A DNA stretch of 64,000 bases from Thermodesulfobacteriota bacterium (GTDB lineage Bacteria > Desulfobacterota > Desulfobacteria > Desulfobacterales > SURF-7): NCBI GenBank assembly GCA_049320885.1, contig JBMORA010000009.1:1-64000 (forward strand), read 5' to 3'. The first letter of the stretch is position 1, and the number at the start of each line of letters is the position of its first letter. Shown piece by piece: positions 58,419 through 64,000 of the stretch. A program made the position numbers and the translations under genes. The notes under the pieces were generated by a model that saw only the letters and a program-made list of their open reading frames with translations, was not told the DNA's origin and searched no databases.

Positions 58419-58841
58419 TCAGTGCAATGTCACCTTTCCGTTGGTTGGATGCAGCAGCCATTCAGCTGTTTCGATGAATTGCGTGAGGGCTTGGTTGAAC
58501 TGACGAAGGCTGTGATGGAGGGCCTGGTGCTCGGCGGCGATTTTGTTCAGGGTCGTTTCGCGTTCCAGAAATTCGGCATAGGCGCGGAGAATGGCCTTGT
58601 CAACGGTGGGCATTTCCCCGAAGGCCACTTCCAGCAAATAATCACCGGTGCCGTGATCAGGATCGTAGGCGCAGCCGGTGACGGTTCCACTGACGGATAT
58701 TTTATCCACATGGGCGGCGACTGGCATGGGGATGTCCCAATTCATGGTGGTGCCAACTCGACATGGTTCCGTCACCCGCAAGATGGCTTCTCTTTCCGTC
58801 AATCGAACGATGGTTTTGTCCATGATGCTTTTCCCGGACAT
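58419..58841 (-). CDS. Hypothetical protein, PilZ-like beta-barrel plus helical tail
   Basis: VSGTVTGC...Y.LEVAF..M...DK..L..Y PilZ-like C-half; no clear RxxxR. Confidence 0.5.
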   Translation of the reverse strand: MSGKSIMDKTIVRLTEREAILRVTEPCRVGTTMNWDIPMPVAAHVDKISVSGTVTGCAYDPDHGTGDYLLEVAFGEMPTVDKAILRAYAEFLERETTLNKIAAEHQALHHSLRQFNQALTQFIETAEWLLHPTNGKVTLH

Positions 58842-58846
58842 TCCGA

Positions 58847-59131
58847 TCAGGTCCGGTTACTCCCTGAATAAGATTCGTTGATAATCCGAACCGCGATTCT
58901 GTCCGGGTCAACCCGATAGGATTGACTCCAGATCATCCGGGTCAGTTCAAGGATTTTATCGGTTTCAGCCGTCGCTTCCGTTCCGGCAGCCGGGTTGTTC
59001 TTTGAAATGCCTTCCCGGTGGCAAAGATTCAAGCCCTGGTCCATTTTTCCTCCTGCACCATGTGCCGGCGACGTTGCCGGCATTTGACAAGGTTGCCCTC
59101 TTGGTGAATCGTGTGCGAACAATGTTTGCAT
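58847..59131 (-). CDS. FlgM-like anti-sigma28 protein
   Basis: C-terminal DKILEL..MI.SQSYRVDPDRIA.RII resembles the FlgM signature; start uncertain. Confidence 0.6.
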   Translation of the reverse strand: MQTLFAHDSPRGQPCQMPATSPAHGAGGKMDQGLNLCHREGISKNNPAAGTEATAETDKILELTRMIWSQSYRVDPDRIAVRIINESYSGSNRT

Positions 59132-59242
59132 ACTCGATTATCGTATGCGTGTCAAACAAAATCCATGTAACAAATGAAAGGTCGCCCATAAATTACAGCC
59201 CGGGCGCTACAAAAGTATTGACCGGATCCAAGCCGGCTGGAT

Positions 59243-60535
59243 ATGACCAAGTTGCCAGGGAATCAAGAAAGGAATCGGATCATCGCAAAGATACTTGCCA
59301 TGGGGATTGCATGCTTTTTCGTCTGGATACCGGTCATGGCGGCCCAGGCGCTGGAATACCGTTTGGGCGGGGAAATTTACAACCGGTTTTATCAGGATGA
59401 CCATTTCTGGGACAGCGGGAACCGTGAATTCAACCGCCGCGAGGTGTATAATATCGTTACGGCAGCGCCCAGTCTGAGCCTCGCTGCCGGAAAAATGCTG
59501 ACCGGATATCTGCAGGCGGACATGGAGTGGACTCATTTTTTCGACCCGGAGCCGGAGGATGTGCTGGAACTCCGGCTTACAAACGCCTATGCGAATTTGT
59601 CCATGGGCAACTTCCTGGTTTCCGCCGGCAAGATGTTCCTCCAGCTCGGCAAGGGGCTGCTGATCGCCAACGAAGAACCGACCGTCATCCTGCAGTACGA
59701 AGCCGCCCGGAAGTATTATCTGAACATTACCGCCGCCCAGGTATTGACCTCATCACCCATGGCCGCCCTCACTCTTGGATACCGCCCGGGATTTTTGGAA
59801 AAAATCGAATGTTTCGGGGTTTTTTTCCAGGACCGGGACGACGGTTTTGCGGAAATGCTCAATAATACCTTATGGTTTGACGGGTTGAGGAGCGAAGGTG
59901 GGATTTGCTGGCTGGGCTTGAACCTGGATTTCTTTGTCAGCGATCTGGTGGTTTCCGGTGTGGCCATGCTGGAAAAGGGCAAGCTGGATGTGACCAGCGG
60001 CGTGCGAAAGGCGTCTTTCGATATATCCGCATATCTGCTGGATATGAGCCTGGATTATAACGTCACCGATCGGATATCGGCCGGGGTGTTTTTTTTTCTG
60101 GCCAGCGGTGACAACCGACTGCGGGAGGAAGAGGTGACCGCTTTCGTATCCCCCCTGCCCTTCAATCCCCGGGGGGCGATTTTTTTTGACCCGGGATTTG
60201 TGGCTCTGGATTTGGATCAGGAGGAGATCTTGTGGCCGGGCGGCGTGACCATGGCCGGGGCCGTCGTCCCCGGAGCCCGGCTGAGCCTGCAGCTCCTGGA
60301 ACCGCTTTCCGTTGACTGGATGGTGGCGACCTATTACCCGGAACAGAAACCAGCGCGCGATCGGGACTGGTATGGCTGGGAAACGGACCTGCTGTTGACC
60401 TATCGGTGGAGTGATTCCAAACGCTTGTTTTTCGAGGCGGACTGGTTCAGCCATGGAAATTATTTCAGACGTCTGGAGGACGAAATTCCGGAAACGGCCA
60501 CCAGAATCCTGGCCGGTTTCCATCTGGTTTTTTAA
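59243..60535 (+). CDS. Outer-membrane beta-barrel protein (alginate-export-like)
   Basis: Signal peptide AQA, amphipathic strands, ASGD, YGWETDL, terminal Phe. Confidence 0.7.
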   Translation: MTKLPGNQERNRIIAKILAMGIACFFVWIPVMAAQALEYRLGGEIYNRFYQDDHFWDSGNREFNRREVYNIVTAAPSLSLAAGKMLTGYLQADMEWTHFFDPEPEDVLELRLTNAYANLSMGNFLVSAGKMFLQLGKGLLIANEEPTVILQYEAARKYYLNITAAQVLTSSPMAALTLGYRPGFLEKIECFGVFFQDRDDGFAEMLNNTLWFDGLRSEGGICWLGLNLDFFVSDLVVSGVAMLEKGKLDVTSGVRKASFDISAYLLDMSLDYNVTDRISAGVFFFLASGDNRLREEEVTAFVSPLPFNPRGAIFFDPGFVALDLDQEEILWPGGVTMAGAVVPGARLSLQLLEPLSVDWMVATYYPEQKPARDRDWYGWETDLLLTYRWSDSKRLFFEADWFSHGNYFRRLEDEIPETATRILAGFHLVF

Positions 60536-60579
60536 TCCGGATGATAACTTTTTCCTAGAAAACGTGTTAGATACAGCAG

Positions 60580-61176
60580 ATGAGCATGGATGCGGATGTC
60601 ATACAGATGCTGGAATTTCAGGCCGGCAACCAGCGCGCCTTCCAGGTTTTGTTTGACAAATACCGGAAAAGGATCATCCATTTTTGTTACCGGTTTTGCG
60701 GGGATCCGCTTCGGGCCGAAGAGCTGGCCCAGGAGGTGTTTTTGAACGTCTACAAGGGGGCTGCCGATTACCGGCCGACGGCCAAGTTTTCCACATGGCT
60801 GTTTCAGATCGCGACGCATGCCTGCCTGAACGAACTGCGCAATGCTGGGTACCGGCAACGGATCGATTCCCTGGATGCGCCGATGGTGACAAGTGACGGC
60901 GAAGCGCGGCCCCGGGAAATCCGCGATCTTTCCGGGCCGCCGGATGAGGTGTTGGAACAGCGGGAACGGGAGGCGCTGATCCAGCGAGCGCTTATGGAAT
61001 TGCCGGAAAAACAAAGAGCGGCCCTTTCGTTGCGGGTGTTGAACGGATTTTCCTATCAGGAAATCGGAAGTCAGATTCATTGTTCGGAAAATTCCGTAAA
61101 AACCCTGATCCATCGCGGCCGGCAACAGTTGAAGCGATTTTTTCAACAACTGGAACAGAGAGGCGACGCGGCATGA
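60580..61176 (+). CDS. ECF RNA polymerase sigma factor
   Basis: AEELAQEVF, FSTWLFQIA.H, LPEKQR, SYQEI, VKTLIHRGR. Confidence 0.95.
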   Translation: MSMDADVIQMLEFQAGNQRAFQVLFDKYRKRIIHFCYRFCGDPLRAEELAQEVFLNVYKGAADYRPTAKFSTWLFQIATHACLNELRNAGYRQRIDSLDAPMVTSDGEARPREIRDLSGPPDEVLEQREREALIQRALMELPEKQRAALSLRVLNGFSYQEIGSQIHCSENSVKTLIHRGRQQLKRFFQQLEQRGDAA

Positions 61177-61640
61177 CATGTCCGTATGATAAATGGCTAT
61201 CCCGGTATATGGACGGCGAGCTTTCGGAAGAGAAGAACACGCAAATCCGGATCCATATGAATACCTGCGATGCCTGCCGCAGGGAATTCGACGTGCTGGC
61301 GGGACTGGATGCCCGGCTTCGGTCGCTGCCTGAAATCGAACCATCGGAGGGGTTTGAGCGCGCATTTTGGAAGAAGGTGGCGGAATGGGAGGAAAGCCGC
61401 GCGAAACGAAAGGGCTGGGCGGTCTTTGGACGCTTCTGGTCACCGGTCCTGGCCGGCGCCCTGGCGATGGCGGTGGTCGTTTTGGGGATTCAGTTGTTCA
61501 GCCGGGGCACCCCCGTCCCATCATGGGAGGAGATGATGATGGCCGAGCAGATGGAGTTTCTGTTGGATTATGATCTCGTTCGCCACCTGGAAATGCTGGA
61601 AAACTGGGAGGCCATCAACCAGGTCGCCGAGTCGTCATGA
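61173..61640 (+). CDS. zf-HC2 transmembrane anti-sigma factor
   Basis: C.....LSRYMDGEL, HMNTCDAC, one TM; ATGA overlap with the sigma gene. Confidence 0.9.
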   Translation: MTCPYDKWLSRYMDGELSEEKNTQIRIHMNTCDACRREFDVLAGLDARLRSLPEIEPSEGFERAFWKKVAEWEESRAKRKGWAVFGRFWSPVLAGALAMAVVVLGIQLFSRGTPVPSWEEMMMAEQMEFLLDYDLVRHLEMLENWEAINQVAESS

Positions 61641-61867
61641 TGCGAATTCTGGCCTGGATCATGGGGTTGCTTTTATGGATCGGTACGCTCCGGGCGGGGG
61701 CGGAGGAAAAGACGGACCGGCAACCGGACGACATCAGCCGGGAAGACCTGGAAATCATCCGGGTCATGGAGACCCTGGAGCTGATGGAAATAGCGGACCA
61801 GATGGAGCTGCTCAACGATATGGAAATCGTGATCGATGAAGAAAGAAAGGAAAATGATGAAGAATAA
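61637..61867 (+). CDS. Small acidic exported hypothetical protein
   Basis: Signal peptide; ATGA overlap; EDLEII..METLELME. Confidence 0.7.
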   Translation: MMRILAWIMGLLLWIGTLRAGAEEKTDRQPDDISREDLEIIRVMETLELMEIADQMELLNDMEIVIDEERKENDEE

Positions 61868-62369
61868 CTTCATTTTCTGGCTGTCGATCCTGCTGGGTCT
61901 CATGGCCGCCAATCTGCGGGCGGAAACCGCGGCTGTCGAAGCGGTGCCGCCGGCGGCGGTCGAAAAATGGCGTGACCTGACGGAGACGCAGAAAGAAACC
62001 TTGCGGGAGCGGTATAAAAAATGGGAATCCATGCCGGAGGAGGAGAAGGAGGCGCTGAAGCAGCGGATCCGCCGGTTCAAATCCCTGCCCGAGGAAGATC
62101 AGAAGCGGATCAAAGCCAATTTGGATCGGTATCGGAAATTATCTCCCGAGGCCCGGGCCGGATTGCAGCAGCGCTATAACCGCTGGAAAGCGTTGCCGCC
62201 GGCCCAAAAACGCCAGATAAAGGAAAATTATCAAAAATTCAAACGGATGAACATGGAACAGCGACGGCAGGTGTTCCAGCGCCTGCAGAAATGGAAAAGA
62301 ATGACTCCCTCCCAGCGGCAGGCGGTGCGCGAGAATATTCAGCAATACAGAAAGCGCCGGAGCCCATGA
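61854..62369 (+). CDS. DUF3106-like exported helical repeat protein
   Basis: Signal peptide; repeats W..L...QK..L.ERY / F..LP.E.Q..I. Confidence 0.75.
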   Translation: MMKNNFIFWLSILLGLMAANLRAETAAVEAVPPAAVEKWRDLTETQKETLRERYKKWESMPEEEKEALKQRIRRFKSLPEEDQKRIKANLDRYRKLSPEARAGLQQRYNRWKALPPAQKRQIKENYQKFKRMNMEQRRQVFQRLQKWKRMTPSQRQAVRENIQQYRKRRSP

Positions 62370-63526
62370 CAATAGCTGTTTGTTATGACGCCGTCATTGT
62401 CGGCGCCGGTCCCGCCGGCTCCTTGACGGCATACCATCTGGCCCGGAACGGACTGCGGGTCGTGATTCTCGAGAAAAAAAAACTGCCGCGCTACAAGCCG
62501 TGCGGCGGCGGACTGACCGCCCGCGCTTTGTCCAGCCTACCCTTCGGTATCGAGACCGTGATTGAAGATTATACCCGCCAGCCGAACCTGTTGTATCGCA
62601 ATCGGTTGGTTTTTCGGCAGGACCTGGACCGGCCGGCCATTGCCATGGTGATGCGCGACAGGTTCGACGCCTATCTTGCGGCCAAGGCGGTTGAGGCCGG
62701 CGCTGAGGTGAGGGACGCCACGGCGTTTCGTGCTGTTTCCGGAGGAGCCGGAAAGCTGTCCGTTCGAACCGATCGGGGTGATTGGAAAACAAGGATCATT
62801 GTCGGTGCCGACGGTGTCCACAGCCGGGTGGGACGCCAGCTGGGCTTGTGTCCGGAATATCGCACCATGACGGCGGTGGAAGGGGAGTGTTATTACGGGA
62901 AGGCGGACCTGCCGGTCCGGTACAGGGGTGCGGTGCATTTCGATTTCGGCGTTCTGCCGAAAGGGTATGGCTGGGTTTTTCCGAAACAGAACCACCTCAG
63001 CATCGGTGTCGTCACCCTGGGACGCCACCGGCAAAGCCTCTTCCAGGATTTCCATGCCTATCTGGAATTGAAAGGCCTTTCAGCGGGCGTCCGCGTCCAT
63101 CCACTGCGGGGGCATTTGATTCCCTTTGCGCCCCGGGGCGGCAACCTGTATGCCGACCGGCGGGGTCTCCTGGTGGGGGATGCGGCCGGTTTTACGGATC
63201 CCCTGACCGGCGAGGGTATTTATTATGCCGTCCGCGGCGCCGCCATTGCAGCGGAACATATCCGGAAAGCCCTTGACAACGGTTATGATCAGCTGCCATC
63301 GTATACCTCCGCCATCCAGCAGGCGTTCGCGCCGGATTTGATCCGCGCCGAGCGCATGTCACGGTTTATCTATCATTGCCCGAAAATGACAAAAATTCTG
63401 CTCCACCATAAGGGCGATATCATCGGCCGCTGTCAGCTCGACATCATTACGGGCCGGAAGACCTATCGCCAGCTGTTTCGGCAGATCCTGAGCTTTTGGC
63501 GCCGGGAGTGGTGGCAGCTGGTTTGA
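62366..63526 (+). CDS. Geranylgeranyl reductase family FAD oxidoreductase
   Basis: VGAGPAG, KPCGGG, RDRFD, GADG, GYGWVFPK, GDAAG..DP.TGEGI. Confidence 0.9.
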   Translation: MTIAVCYDAVIVGAGPAGSLTAYHLARNGLRVVILEKKKLPRYKPCGGGLTARALSSLPFGIETVIEDYTRQPNLLYRNRLVFRQDLDRPAIAMVMRDRFDAYLAAKAVEAGAEVRDATAFRAVSGGAGKLSVRTDRGDWKTRIIVGADGVHSRVGRQLGLCPEYRTMTAVEGECYYGKADLPVRYRGAVHFDFGVLPKGYGWVFPKQNHLSIGVVTLGRHRQSLFQDFHAYLELKGLSAGVRVHPLRGHLIPFAPRGGNLYADRRGLLVGDAAGFTDPLTGEGIYYAVRGAAIAAEHIRKALDNGYDQLPSYTSAIQQAFAPDLIRAERMSRFIYHCPKMTKILLHHKGDIIGRCQLDIITGRKTYRQLFRQILSFWRREWWQLV

Positions 63527-63647
63527 CAACATGTAAAAATTTCCGTCGCGTCCCCGTCCGGCCAGCTTCTCATCCCTGATAAGCGCCCGGCGGAACAATC
63601 ACTTTTTGTTCCAATGCCTTGAAAGGCGGCCGGGACATTTTGGACAT

Positions 63648-63663
63648 TGGCATATTCATTGCT
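63648..63663 (+). promoter_or_regulatory. Sigma54 (-24/-12) promoter
   Basis: TGGCAT-ATTCA-TTGCT with correct spacing, upstream of ATG 63738. Confidence 0.75.
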
Positions 63664-63737
63664 CCTTGATTTCAGCAGCAACAGCGTCTTCGCATTTTCA
63701 GAATCAGAAACCATCGGGTGAAAAAGCGGAGCATGCC

Positions 63738-64000
63738 ATGAAAACATTTCTCAACCTGATCCAGGAAGTGCTGGATCCGGGATGTTGTCATCGCTGCGGC
63801 GGCTGCGTGGCGTTTTGCGCGGCCGTCAATTTCGGCGCCCTGGCGATGGGGGAAGATGGAATCCCTTTCTACAAGGATAAGGATAAATGCATTGAATGCG
63901 GTTTCTGCTACAGGATTTGCCCGGAGATCGATGCACTCAGGGAAGAAACCCGGCAGCGGATTTCCTGGAGCCCGCCCCTGGGACGGATCCTGGATGTGAC
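63738..64000 (+). CDS. F420 hydrogenase/dehydrogenase beta-subunit-like protein with 2x[4Fe-4S] N-terminus (runs off the window)
   Basis: Manual translation MKTFLNLIQEVLDPGCCHRCGGCVAFC...KCIECGFCYRICP. Confidence 0.7.
   Translation, partial: MKTFLNLIQEVLDPGCCHRCGGCVAFCAAVNFGALAMGEDGIPFYKDKDKCIECGFCYRICPEIDALREETRQRISWSPPLGRILDV

Noticed and set aside
1..64000. CRISPR array, rRNA/tRNA, transposase, integrase or phage genes
   Set aside because: No regularly spaced repeats or diagnostic motifs seen by eye

Overview
GC-rich bacterial DNA with a gene set typical of a sulfate-reducing Desulfobacterota (Desulfobacterales-like) organism; this taxonomy is inferred from gene content only. Housekeeping and energy genes include sucCD, hypA, csp, tatD, nfnAB, thiD, a thiE-thiL fusion, frameshifted prfB, lnt, an ECF sigma/anti-sigma operon and a partial F420-hydrogenase-beta-like gene. 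The most striking part is a ~13.5 kb block (27.9-41.4 kb) of nine exported proteins driven by two near-identical sigma54 promoters. Six of them (mostly beta-helix polysaccharide-lyase-like or novel catalytic domains) share a single-loop dockerin-like tag (DxDxDxDVDGxDL...FG[R]). Two are paralogous cohesin-like proteins, one with a canonical double dockerin and one with a C-terminal Cys-Phe-Ile tail. One is a PEP-CTERM-type protein. Together they form a candidate cellulosome-like cell-surface assembly system in a non-cellulolytic Gram-negative anaerobe. The block is flanked by a SidJ-related pseudokinase and by an operon of exported M16 peptidase, FGE-fold protein and NTAQ1-like Cys-His-Asp enzyme. 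Also present: an activase-less glycyl radical enzyme with a FadR-type operator, a ~197 bp inverted-repeat-bounded structured element, and decayed HEPN/MNT and AAA-DUF4143 remnants. All family calls come from motif recognition by eye; no searches were run.
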